From Aulosira sp. ZfuVER01 (lineage in GTDB: Bacteria > Cyanobacteriota > Cyanobacteriia > Cyanobacteriales > Nostocaceae), in assembly GCA_034530615.2 (NCBI GenBank), contig JAVRCV020000073.1, forward strand, positions 160,001-224,000: a DNA stretch of 64,000 nucleotides, written 5' to 3'. Of the stretch, positions 29,027 to 38,582 are shown in pieces; position 1 is the stretch's first letter, and each line of letters starts with the position of its first letter. The notes under the pieces were generated by a model. It saw nothing but the letters and a program-made list of their open reading frames with translations, ran no database searches and was not told the DNA's origin. Both the position numbers and the translations under genes were made by a program.

Positions 29027-29890
29027 GTGGTAAGATTTGGATTGGTTTTTACCGACCATTGCAAAAGTAAATTGCTAACTCTATCTAACCAACTGCCTTT
29101 ATATGGCAAAAGAATACTAGTAACAGCACCGAGAACTTACGCCTCTAGGTTGTCTGAAGAAATCATCATAAAAGGTGGTTTGCCGTTGCTCATGCCAACC
29201 ATAGAAACCACTCTGTTAACAGATTACGCTGAGTTAGATATTGTTTTAAAACAGATAAATAAATTTGACTGGATTGCTTTCACCAGTAGAAACGGTATTA
29301 CTGCATTTTTTCAGCGCTTAAATGTTTTGGGTATTCCCACATCTGCACTAGAAAATTGCCAACTGTGCGCTATTGGCAAAGATGCAGAATTATTATTATC
29401 GCTTTGTGGAAGAGTCAATTTGATTCCCAAAGAATCTAGCCCAGCAGGAATTGTAGCCGAATTATCTCAAATTCCTGATATTTCTCAGAAAAAAGTATTA
29501 GTACCAGTGCCATTAGTTGTTGGTATCCCAGAGCCGAATGTTGTACCAGATTTTATTGCTGGTTTGCAGAGATTGGGTATACAAGTAACTCGCGTACCTA
29601 CCTATACTACTTGCTGTGTAGATAAAGAAATTTATGCAGTTGAATTAGAATTACTGCGTCAAGGAATGATAGATGTAATTGCTTTTAGTAGCACGGCAGA
29701 AGTAGAAAGCTTTTTGACAATGCTCGAATCAAATAGTGATTATCAGCATTGTATTGTAGCCTGTTTTGGCCCGTATACAGCTACTAATGCCCAAAAGTTG
29801 GGTGTAAATGTCTCTATAGTTTCAAATAACTATAGCTCATTTGCGGGATTTGCAAATGCGATCGCCCAATTTTTTCATCAGTATGAATAA
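29027..29890 (+). CDS. hemD: Uroporphyrinogen-III synthase
   Basis: LYGKRILVT, FDWIAFTSRNG, CAIG, FSST and CFGPYTA motifs. True start uncertain (TTG 29072 plausible). Confidence 0.85.
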   Translation: MVRFGLVFTDHCKSKLLTLSNQLPLYGKRILVTAPRTYASRLSEEIIIKGGLPLLMPTIETTLLTDYAELDIVLKQINKFDWIAFTSRNGITAFFQRLNVLGIPTSALENCQLCAIGKDAELLLSLCGRVNLIPKESSPAGIVAELSQIPDISQKKVLVPVPLVVGIPEPNVVPDFIAGLQRLGIQVTRVPTYTTCCVDKEIYAVELELLRQGMIDVIAFSSTAEVESFLTMLESNSDYQHCIVACFGPYTATNAQKLGVNVSIVSNNYSSFAGFANAIAQFFHQYE

Positions 29891-29953
29891 TTCTGCTCAA
29901 ACCACAGATAAATATCAATGTTCATCTGTGGATGCTTGAGGATTCATGAGAGT

Positions 29954-31336
29954 TTATATCGTGCGGGAGAATTGTTTTTCTTTGGTTCTCAAGTGGTTAT
30001 CGAAGATGACGGCAATATTTCTCACCAGCAATCTACCAATGTCTGTAACTAGAATGTAGTTTTTAGATAAACTAATCAGTCCATCGGCTTCTAGAGGCTG
30101 CAACATCTCTAATTCACGAGAGAAGTATTCATCAAAACAGATGTGATATTTATCTGCGATGTCTTGCTTATGCAATTGAAAGTGAGACATGATACTCATG
30201 ATCGCATCTCGTCTGATAATGTCATCTTGGGTGAGTTTAATACCTTTACTCAGAGGCAAAGCATCCTGAGAAATTGCCTGATAATAATCCTTTAATTGCT
30301 TGTGGTTTTGGAAATAAGCATCTTCTAGCATACTAATGGATGTGGCACCAAAACCAAAGAGTTCTGTTTCCGCGTGGGTTGTATAACCTTGAAAGTTACG
30401 CTTGAGGGTGCCATTTTGTTGAGCGATCGCTAGTTCATCATTAGATTTGGCAAAATGATCCATACCAATGAAGATATATTCGTTACTTGTCAGTTCTTCA
30501 ATGGTCATTTTCAAAATCTCTAACTTTTCCTGCGGTAAAGGTAAAGCTGCTTCAGGAATATTTTTTTGTGCAGGTTTGATCCAAGGAATATAAGCAAAGT
30601 TAAAAACAACAATCCGGTCAGGATCTAATTCAATAGTCTTTTGTACTGTTTCTCTAAAGCTTTGACGAGTTTGATAAGGTAAACCATAAATTAGGTCTAC
30701 ATTTACACTTTCAAATTCAGCTTCTTTAATCCAACTCATCACATCAAATAGCATTTCTTCCGGCTGAACGCGATTTACTGCTACTTGAACTTGGCGATTA
30801 AAGTCCTGGATGCCAAAACTAATGCGATTAAACCCTATATTTCTGAGAAATAAAATGTAGTTTCTATCTACATAGCGGGGATTGATTTCAATTGAGATTT
30901 CCGCTTCTGGGTCAATGGTGAAGTGTTGAGTAATGTTTTTCCACAAGAATTCTACTTGGTCGCGCTCTAAGTAGTTAGGAGTGCCACCACCCCAATGTAT
31001 CTGGAGTACTTTGCGGTCTGAATTGATTAAAGCTGCGGTCTGCTTAATATCTTTAACCAAATTCTCTAAGTAAGGTTTGGCAATATTCTTGTTGTTGGAA
31101 ATTACCGTATTACAGCCGCAGAAATAGCAAGCACTCTGACAAAAGGGAATGTGGAAATACAAAGACAAGGGAGTTTTTCTTTGATTTGAGGCGGCGATCG
31201 CAGTTTGCAAATCACTTGTGGTAAATGCTTCGCTTAACTCAGTAGCAGGTGGGTAACTGGTGTATCTGGGTGCAGGAGCATCATACTTTTGGATCATCTC
31301 TAGATCGAATTTGACACCAGGTAAGAGAAAAACCAT
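29954..31336 (-). CDS. hemN: Oxygen-independent coproporphyrinogen-III oxidase (radical SAM)
   Basis: PRYTSYP, HIPFCQSACYFCGC, GGGTP and RNFQGYTT motifs; ATG 31336 follows GGAGGT. Confidence 0.95.
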   Translation of the reverse strand: MVFLLPGVKFDLEMIQKYDAPAPRYTSYPPATELSEAFTTSDLQTAIAASNQRKTPLSLYFHIPFCQSACYFCGCNTVISNNKNIAKPYLENLVKDIKQTAALINSDRKVLQIHWGGGTPNYLERDQVEFLWKNITQHFTIDPEAEISIEINPRYVDRNYILFLRNIGFNRISFGIQDFNRQVQVAVNRVQPEEMLFDVMSWIKEAEFESVNVDLIYGLPYQTRQSFRETVQKTIELDPDRIVVFNFAYIPWIKPAQKNIPEAALPLPQEKLEILKMTIEELTSNEYIFIGMDHFAKSNDELAIAQQNGTLKRNFQGYTTHAETELFGFGATSISMLEDAYFQNHKQLKDYYQAISQDALPLSKGIKLTQDDIIRRDAIMSIMSHFQLHKQDIADKYHICFDEYFSRELEMLQPLEADGLISLSKNYILVTDIGRLLVRNIAVIFDNHLRTKEKQFSRTI

Positions 31337-31800
31337 CAAAACCTCCGAATACCGCCGATTAGTTGTATGGCCAGCCACAGACTCAGAATGTCTGTCAGTT
31401 CACAGTCAATGGCAGAGTTAAAGAATTGTTATTCTAGGGTTAGACAGGATTCGCATCACTCGATTTAGCAAACAGCACTGCCGATGCGATCGCTGCCATT
31501 TTTATTTCTCCCAAAATTATTTAACTATTTATATTTGTATAACTATAAAGCTATTAATATTTCTTTATCTTTTTCTGTGTGTGAAGGCACATCTTGGGCT
31601 GGAATGGGACATTTGTCATTTATTATTTCTCTGCATCCCTGCATCTTTTTGTCTCCCTCACCCCCCTCATCTCCCTTGGCCCCCAATCGAGCAGTGTTTT
31701 GAAAAAAATCAGAAATTGACAGAGATATTACTAATTCCACGCAGCAGTACTAGTATTTTATTTCTGGGCTATTAACTAGCTCAAAACTAATATTTTGATG

Positions 31801-31819
31801 TGAGGTGTATAACCCCTCA
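31801..31819. promoter_or_regulatory. Putative HetR-binding palindrome upstream of patA
   Basis: GAGGTGTATAACCCCTC matches 15/17 positions of the hetP HetR site GAGGGGTCTAACCCCTC, flanked by T/A. Confidence 0.6.
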
Positions 31820-33093
31820 GCAATTTACAAAAAGTTTTTCTATAATTACAAGGGCTGAATTATATTAACGTCTTAGACATTTTTTAAACTGTCTAATGTT
31901 CTATAACTGCATAAATATGATTTAATAACTAAAAATGATAACTAACTGTACATTTTTAGTCAGCCAGGAGCAGCAAATAAAGAAATTCACAAAAAAGTAT
32001 TTGGTTATAAATAAATTTTTTTTTATATTTCCTCCATTTACTTATCATAAATTTCACATATTTTCTTTCACTGTTCCTAAATTTTGAAGTAACCTAGGTT
32101 TTATTAAGCAACTTACTTAAATATCTACCATTTAGCTGAAAAATAGGAATTTTCAGTTACTTACTATGACAATATCCTTTTAGCTAGGAAATAAGCCTAT
32201 GGATCAATAAAAACTCAAGAAGTTGCCCAGAGCAGCTACTAACATAGAATTGTGTGCGCTGGTTCGGTATCAGACATCGGTAATGCGGTAGTACATAAAG
32301 AACAAGCCTAGCCAGAGTTTGCAAACTGACTGAGATTTACTATGTAATTCTCGGAATTTATCTGTTAATTTGAGAATTAAGTACTTAATATTGTGCTAAG
32401 TAGCTAATTTACTCCCATTACAGTTAAATTTGCTCAATGCTTGTAAAAACCTTGCTTTCTGCCAAGTCGGTAGCAATTAAATCTGATTACGCACAATCAT
32501 CGCATAAAATATTAACTGACTCACCCTTGATAGTAATTCACTGTTATTGAAAAAGTAATAATTTTATCTAAGCATACAGAGAAAACCTTCACAATCTCTA
32601 ATTCGGATAAAATAATAAACTGTTGGTTTACTTAGTTACAATAAATACGGTGAGTTTAAATGGAGTCAAACCCAAGGCTGAATTAGCTGCAATCTCATAG
32701 CAAGGAAAAACCCCTAGTAGTCGCGCTGTTGTCGCCTAAAGGCACTCAGGCGGTAGTCTACTAGTAAACACTTGCGTTACTGTGATATGAGCTAGATTAG
32801 CGAAAGATACAGAAAGTAAAGCTGATTTTTGGAATACTGTTTCCTAGCAAGAAGTCTAGCCATTTTGCTATTTGGCAATAGCATGGCTGTTCTACTTCAG
32901 CACGAGTGCAGTTTGATGCACTATAGTGTGACAGGGAGTGGGGAGTTTAGGAGTGGGCGATTTGCCTGTACTCATAGTAGATGTGAAGCGCTATGTTTAT
33001 CTGAATGCACTTCCGATTTTATCCCTGTAATGCTGGGAAAGGGTTTCCACAACATTCAACTGCAAATATTGCTTTTATACTAGAGCCGTCCCA

Positions 33094-34182
33094 ATGAAGA
33101 CACTTCCTATTAGTAGATATCGGTTTTTTCAAAAATTACAGCCCCTATCTCTTTTAAAAAAAGTCACTAATAAGTCTGTTACCGGGTGCTTGCAAGTATT
33201 TAGTACATCAGGTTCCTGGTCAATATATATAGATGAAGGCAAACTGATATATGCTTGCTACTCGGAGAAAATCTTTGAACCGCTATATAGAAACTTGCAG
33301 CACTTGAGTCAGCAAATTTCTACTATTCCTCAAGGAATTGATGCGCAGTTACGAGCCATATTTGAAACAGGGATTGACAATCAAGCAATACCAAATCCAG
33401 ATTATCTAGCTATTTGTTGGTTAGTCAATCAGAAATATCTGACTTCTTCCCAAGCAGGAGTTTTGATCGAACAATTGGCGTTAGAAGTTTTAGATTCATT
33501 TTTGAAGGTGGAAGAAGGAAGTTATGAGTTTATTCCTGAAAGCTTTTTGGATGATTTGCCAAAGTTCTGTTATTTGAATCTGCGACTATTGGTTGAACAG
33601 GGTCAAAAATATCGAGGAGAATCTGCTGGACAATCACCAATTTCTCAAAGACAGGGAGCATTTGCACGTCAAAACCCATCACAACCTTCAATAAAAGTCC
33701 CATCAGCATTAAGAACTGGCAGCAGTCAAGTAACAGAAAACCCCAACTATTCGCCCCATTATTCTAACAATCGAGGTGGTAGTCTTGAGCAAGTTTCTCC
33801 TCCTGCTAATGACAAAAAAATCTACACTATCTTTTGCATTGATGATAGCCCAAGTGTATTGAATGCTATCAAAAACTTTTTGGATGAGCAAATGTTTTCT
33901 GTTGTGGGAGTTACAGATTCATTAAAAGCTTTAATGGAAATTCTTCGTACCAAACCCGACTTAATTTTATTAGACATTACCATGCCAAATTTAGATGGGT
34001 ATGAGTTATGTTCTCTATTGCGTAAACATTCACAGTTTAAAAACACTCCTGTGATTATGGTGACAGGAAAAACTGGTTTGATAGATAGAGCAAAAGCCAA
34101 GATGGTGAAAGCCTCAGGTTATTTGACTAAGCCTTTTACACAAGGGGATTTACTGAAGATGATCTTTCAGCACATGGTGTAA
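33094..34182 (+). CDS. patA: Heterocyst pattern-formation response regulator PatA (PATAN + REC)
   Basis: MKTLPISRYRFFQKLQPLSLLKK... closely resembles Anabaena PatA; C-terminal REC domain (IDDS, LLDITMP, TKP). Confidence 0.9.
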   Translation: MKTLPISRYRFFQKLQPLSLLKKVTNKSVTGCLQVFSTSGSWSIYIDEGKLIYACYSEKIFEPLYRNLQHLSQQISTIPQGIDAQLRAIFETGIDNQAIPNPDYLAICWLVNQKYLTSSQAGVLIEQLALEVLDSFLKVEEGSYEFIPESFLDDLPKFCYLNLRLLVEQGQKYRGESAGQSPISQRQGAFARQNPSQPSIKVPSALRTGSSQVTENPNYSPHYSNNRGGSLEQVSPPANDKKIYTIFCIDDSPSVLNAIKNFLDEQMFSVVGVTDSLKALMEILRTKPDLILLDITMPNLDGYELCSLLRKHSQFKNTPVIMVTGKTGLIDRAKAKMVKASGYLTKPFTQGDLLKMIFQHMV

Positions 34183-34253
34183 ACACGTGGTGTAATTTTG
34201 CAATCAGCAGTATAACGATACCAGTCCAACATATTTCTCTAGGGGGTTGAGGG

Positions 34254-34649
34254 TTGAGTATTACTTGGGCTGGGAAAATTCTGCTTGTTGAAGATTCTCT
34301 GCGAGAATGGGTAACGATTAGTCATTATCTCGGAGATTGGGGTTACAAAATTGTTAAAGCTTCTAGTGCGAAAGAGGCTTTAGAAATAGCATTGGAAGAA
34401 AGACCGAATGCGATTGTTACCGACGTGGTTATGCCAGGAATGAGTGGGTTTGAGTTATGCCGCTTCCTGAAAATCAATTTAACTAGTCAAAAAGTGCCAA
34501 TTGTGGTCTGTAGTAATAAAAATCAGGCAGTTCATCATTCATGGGCGAGGAAACAAGGTGCCGATGTCTATTTAACTAAGCCTTATACTCCTGAAGATTT
34601 ACTGAGTGCGATTAAATCCGCAACTGAGTGGAATTGTATTCTATCATGA
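34254..34649 (+). CDS. Single-domain CheY/PilH-like response regulator
   Basis: VEDS, VTDVVMPGMSGFELCR and W.RKQGAD.YLTKP motifs; TTG start after GAGGG. Confidence 0.8.
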   Translation: MSITWAGKILLVEDSLREWVTISHYLGDWGYKIVKASSAKEALEIALEERPNAIVTDVVMPGMSGFELCRFLKINLTSQKVPIVVCSNKNQAVHHSWARKQGADVYLTKPYTPEDLLSAIKSATEWNCILS

Positions 34650-34721
34650 ATGGTTACAAATTAACAAGAGATATTTGTCATTTGTTGCTTGTCATTTATA
34701 ATTTATAGCTTGTCATTTTGT

Positions 34722-34779
34722 CATTGGGCATTGGGCATTGGGCATTGGGCATTGGGCATTGGGCATTGGGCATTGGGCA
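34722..34779. repeat. STRR heptamer tandem repeat (CATTGGG)x8
   Basis: Eight exact copies counted. Confidence 0.95.
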
Positions 34780-34816
34780 AGAAGTAAAGAATCATGGGTT
34801 ATTTTTCCCCTGTCCT

Positions 34817-34890
34817 CCCTTCGGGTGAAGCTCCTTCGTCGCTAACGCCAGTCGCCTGCGGAGGGAAACCCTCCCGCAGCGCTGGTCTCA
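34817..34890. repeat. Nested small dispersed palindromic repeats (SDR-like)
   Basis: CTGCGGAGGG-AAA-CCCTCCCGCAG hairpin inside CCAG/CTGG arms. Similar GC-rich patchworks occur at about 56410-56490, 57130-57208 and 57390-57478. Confidence 0.6.
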
Positions 34891-34945
34891 CCTTGTCTCC
34901 CTTGTGCTTCATCCCCCCCTTTCTCCCTCATCCCCGCCAATACCT

Positions 34946-35695
34946 TCATAACCGGGGACGGCAACCAGATAAAATACTGTGCATATTCACCACAGAGCCA
35001 ATGACTGCGATCGCAGGTGCGCCAAATCCAGTTTTTTCTACTTGCTCGACTATTGTGCCAACTTGACCAATTAATTCTTCTTGATCTGGGCGCGTACCCC
35101 AACGAACTAAAGCAATTGGCGTTTCTAAACTCAAGCCTGCTGCTGTCAATTGCTCCACAATATAGGGCAGATTGTGAATCCCCATGTAAATAACTATAGT
35201 TTCCGAACCGTGGGCGATCGCATTCCAATTTACAGTAGGTCGATACTTACCCGCCGACTCGTGACCAGTCACAAAGGTGACAGATGAGCTATGCAACCGA
35301 TGAGTTAAAGGAATACCCGCATAGGCTGGTGCGGCAATTCCTGATGTGATACCAGGCACAACTTCCACTGGAATTCCCGCTTTTACCAATTCTTCCATTT
35401 CTTCGCCACCACGACCAAAAATAAACGGGTCGCCACCCTTGAGCCGCACGACTATGGCATGGTCTCGCGCCTTCTCAATCAGTAGTTGGGTTGTGTCTTC
35501 TTGTAATAGAGAATGTCGCCCCATCCGCTTACCAGCGTTGATTTTCTCTGCTTGGGGGTTAATCATCTCCAGAATTGCTTGACTCACCAAAGCATCATAG
35601 ATAACTACGTCAGCACATTCCAGCAGGCCTTTACCCTTGAGAGTCATCAGTCCCGGATCTCCGGGGCCCGCACCTACCAAATAAACCTTTCCCAA
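34946..35695 (-). CDS. cobA: Uroporphyrinogen-III C-methyltransferase
   Basis: VYLVGAGPGDPGL, VRLKGGDPFIFGRGGEE and VPGITS motifs; TTG start 9 nt after AGGAG (see finding). Confidence 0.92.
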   Translation of the reverse strand: MGKVYLVGAGPGDPGLMTLKGKGLLECADVVIYDALVSQAILEMINPQAEKINAGKRMGRHSLLQEDTTQLLIEKARDHAIVVRLKGGDPFIFGRGGEEMEELVKAGIPVEVVPGITSGIAAPAYAGIPLTHRLHSSSVTFVTGHESAGKYRPTVNWNAIAHGSETIVIYMGIHNLPYIVEQLTAAGLSLETPIALVRWGTRPDQEELIGQVGTIVEQVEKTGFGAPAIAVIGSVVNMHSILSGCRPRL

Positions 35696-35724
35696 AAACT
35701 TGTTCTCCTGTCTTTATGTGCGGT

Positions 35725-36456
35725 TCATGTATCTATTAAATCCCAAATTAGCTGGGCTAATTCTTCTGTATTTGCTCCCAAGGGCTGCGCCAGATGGAAA
35801 TTTACGAGCGGAAATTGTAATTTTAGCGTCTCTATTGATTGAGCGATCGCATCAGTTATGCCACCAGGGAATAAAAAGTATGGCAAAATTGCAATCTCCC
35901 TCTTGCCAACTGCAATCAACTCTTTCACTCGCGATTCTAAACTCGGATCTATAGACCAATAAGCCGTAACTGCACCTAGATTTTCTGCCATTGCTTCTAG
36001 TGGCTGTTGCGAGCCAGGGCGACGGCTACCATGAGCTAATAAAATCCATGCAGCAATATTTTGGGTAGCTATTTGCTTGGCAATAAAGCTTTCTAAACTG
36101 GGATGACTACCTATATATGGTTGTAGGTCAACGATTATATCTTGACCAAGAGCCTCTTGAGCCAGAGTTATTTCATCGGGAATATCGTTCATAACGTGTA
36201 CTCCCGGTAAGAGAAATAGGGGTATAACCTTGAGGCGGTTACAATTAGCTGCAAAAGCGCTTTCGGCAAATTGTTTAATCTGCGCGTGTAAAGGTTCTGG
36301 ACTCAGTTCTAAGTAAGCTATATCAAATAGATTTTGTTGCTTGTTAGTGTTTTTTAATTTGTCACGTATCAACCCCGCCAACTGCTGCATAGCAATTTCT
36401 GGGCGCGGATCGCGACTTCCATGAGATACCAGCAAATATGCAGACGACATGGGCAA
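35725..36456 (-). CDS. Sirohydrochlorin chelatase (SirB/CbiX family, two domains)
   Basis: Two HGSR motifs and PLFLLPGVH; directly upstream of cobA. Confidence 0.88.
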   Translation of the reverse strand: MPMSSAYLLVSHGSRDPRPEIAMQQLAGLIRDKLKNTNKQQNLFDIAYLELSPEPLHAQIKQFAESAFAANCNRLKVIPLFLLPGVHVMNDIPDEITLAQEALGQDIIVDLQPYIGSHPSLESFIAKQIATQNIAAWILLAHGSRRPGSQQPLEAMAENLGAVTAYWSIDPSLESRVKELIAVGKREIAILPYFLFPGGITDAIAQSIETLKLQFPLVNFHLAQPLGANTEELAQLIWDLIDT

Positions 36457-36498
36457 GGGTTGAACTTTTACTAGTTATTTGTAATATGTTACAGAAAG

Positions 36499-36541
36499 TC
36501 GGCGGGAAAGCCTATGCCTTTAAGGCGTGAATGAATCTCCG
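36499..36541. mobile_element. Possible IS200/IS605-type end remnant
   Basis: GGCGGGAAAGCCTATGCCTTTAAGGCGTGAATGAATCTCCG resembles the subterminal hairpin of cyanobacterial IS605 ends; no transposase nearby. Confidence 0.35.
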
Positions 36542-36554
36542 CAACGTAGTAGCT

Positions 36555-37937
36555 CTAAAATCTAAAATTGGCATTACAGTTTGCCATTTTTGCAGTTAAA
36601 GCACTGACGTGTCGCCACAATTGAGTACCACCAGCCCAATTGTGAGAGGGGAGATGTCCTAGAGGTGCTGACAAGCGAAAACATAATTGTTGAATAGGAG
36701 AAGTAGCGTTAGGGAGATTCCAGCCTACAGCAGCGCAAAACTTGCCATAGTCACCATCAACGCTTTCGTAAATTTGCTTCTGTACGCTAAACCCAAAATG
36801 CCCGTTGCTATATTTGCTCCACAATTCATCAATTATTTCTAAATCCTCACAAGGCAAGTGTTCAATATCGCTAGTAAAAAAAAAGCTGCCTATAGGCTTT
36901 CTAATTGCTTGACACATCAGCACCCAAGTTTCTCGATCTGCTGATTGCCATTGTTTTAAAGCAAGTAGATCGCGCAAGTGATGATAATCCACTCCGGCTG
37001 CCGATCTCAATAGATGAACTGGCTTTTTCTGCGCAGGTGGAGAAGAAGCCAGTTTCAGCGCACAATTGAGCGCTTGCAGAACTTCAGCAGCAGATTTGTA
37101 ACGCTGGGAGAGGGCATCTTGCAGTAGTTTATCAAGAATATCAGCGAGGCGAGGGTTTACTGCATCTTTACCTAAAATATAATCGCGCCACACCCAGCGA
37201 TCGCTAGTTACATCAAACAAATCAAAGGGAGAAATCCCCGTTAATAAGTAAATACAAGTCACCCCTAAACTGTAAAGGTCACTAGCTGGTAGCGCTTTAC
37301 CCCGCATTTGTTCAGGAGCCATATATCCTGGACTTCCCACGGTTGTACCTGTGTGTAGCAAAGCTGTAGCGGTAATCTGTTTAGCAACTCCAAAGTCAAT
37401 TAAAACGAGTTGCTGACCTGACGATCTCCGCATGATATTTTCTGGCTTAATGTCCCGATGGATCGCGTTTCGGACATGAATAAATTGCAGCACTGGTAAC
37501 AACTCTTTTAAAAGTTCCCAAATTTGGGCTTCGCTAAAAACTCCTTGCTGTTGTAATTCCTGTGCTAATGTCTGTCCCGGAATCCATTCTTCCACTAAAC
37601 ACAGCTGATTTTCTTGTTCAAAGTAATCCAGCAGTTGGGGTATTTGGGGATGCTGCAACTCACTCAGGCGGACTGCTTCCTGACGAAACAATTCCACTGC
37701 CTTCTCAAAGCTTTTCCCACTTGTTTCTGGGCAACAAAATTGTTTAATGACACACTTAGGTTGAGAGGGAAGATGTTCATCTACAGCCAAAAAAGTGATA
37801 CCAAAGCCACCACGTCCAATCAGATACAGTAAATGATAGCGGTCTTTGAGCAATAGTGGATTACCACATCTGGTACAAAATTTTGCTGTGTCAGAATTGT
37901 GCTGATACAGACAGCCAATGTTAGGACAGAGTTTCAT
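36555..37937 (-). CDS. Ser/Thr protein kinase with N-terminal 4-Cys motif and C-terminal GUN4-like domain
   Basis: CPNIGC..CTRC, GRGGFG, HRDIKPEN, DFG and APE motifs; GUN4-like YHHLRDLL...ADRET...IDELWSKYSNGHFGFSVQKQI...APLGHLP. Confidence 0.9.
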   Translation of the reverse strand: MKLCPNIGCLYQHNSDTAKFCTRCGNPLLLKDRYHLLYLIGRGGFGITFLAVDEHLPSQPKCVIKQFCCPETSGKSFEKAVELFRQEAVRLSELQHPQIPQLLDYFEQENQLCLVEEWIPGQTLAQELQQQGVFSEAQIWELLKELLPVLQFIHVRNAIHRDIKPENIMRRSSGQQLVLIDFGVAKQITATALLHTGTTVGSPGYMAPEQMRGKALPASDLYSLGVTCIYLLTGISPFDLFDVTSDRWVWRDYILGKDAVNPRLADILDKLLQDALSQRYKSAAEVLQALNCALKLASSPPAQKKPVHLLRSAAGVDYHHLRDLLALKQWQSADRETWVLMCQAIRKPIGSFFFTSDIEHLPCEDLEIIDELWSKYSNGHFGFSVQKQIYESVDGDYGKFCAAVGWNLPNATSPIQQLCFRLSAPLGHLPSHNWAGGTQLWRHVSALTAKMANCNANFRF

Positions 37938-38012
37938 TACAAGGTAGAGCCTTCCTTGGGTCTACATAGAAGTATTCCCAACCAATACCAAATTCTCTCC
38001 TTGTGCTTAGTT

Positions 38013-38393
38013 CTATTGCTTTTCAGCAGAATACGTATAAAAGTTATTAAATGCGCCCACCGTCTCAAACTTATATGAAGGTATAAACGAATTTAATTTT
38101 AAATCAGTACGGTAAATACTAAAAATCATAAAATCTTGTCTTTGTGTAGTTCCAGCAATAATTCCCCGCATTTGTGGGCTAACTGAATCCACTGCTTTTT
38201 GACAATTGAACTGTATTAAATTTTCTATGATTCCCTGTGTTTTCTGGCAAACATCGGTTTTTAAATATTGTGTCAACCTTTGCACAGCATAAGCTTCATA
38301 TTCCGCCTGAGTGGGATTTGAGTTCACCATGATTACTCCCAATGCGGCTAGCCCTGCGGCTCCTAAATATGCAATAATTGTTGATGCTTTCAT
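38013..38393 (-). CDS. DUF4359-like membrane-anchored protein
   Basis: N-terminal TM, SNP..AEY and TQRQDFMIFSIYRT pattern. Confidence 0.7.
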   Translation of the reverse strand: MKASTIIAYLGAAGLAALGVIMVNSNPTQAEYEAYAVQRLTQYLKTDVCQKTQGIIENLIQFNCQKAVDSVSPQMRGIIAGTTQRQDFMIFSIYRTDLKLNSFIPSYKFETVGAFNNFYTYSAEKQ

Positions 38394-38508
38394 GTCTTAT
38401 CAGCTATGATTTGTTTTAGTCATCAGACTGCAAATTAACTGAGTCCGTTCCAAGAAAAAAATTCTCTGGATCAAATCGGCAGAGACGTGTTATACTCAGA
38501 TAGTTAAT

Positions 38509-38582
38509 GGCGAGCGTAGCCAAGTGGTTAAGGCAGTGGTTTGTGGTACCACCATTCGTGGGTTCGAGTCCCATCGTTCGCC
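38509..38582 (+). tRNA. trnH: tRNA-His (GTG)
   Basis: Acceptor stem GCGAGCG/CGTTCGC with encoded G-1, anticodon arm GTGGT-TTGTGGT-ACCAC, TTCGA T-loop; CCA not encoded; TATACT at 38491. Confidence 0.95.

Noticed and set aside
31484..31775. Three short overlapping ORFs upstream of hemN
   Set aside because: They span low-complexity pyrimidine/purine repeats and show no protein motifs.
32829..33083. 84-aa ORF just upstream of patA
   Set aside because: TTG start, no RBS or recognisable motif; more likely patA leader sequence.
34722..34779. Tandem repeats as a possible CRISPR array
   Set aside because: 7-bp units with no spacers and no cas genes; no repeat-spacer array seen anywhere in the window.
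36481..36493. GTA...TAC as an NtcA site upstream of the chelatase
   Set aside because: Spacing is N6 rather than the required N8.
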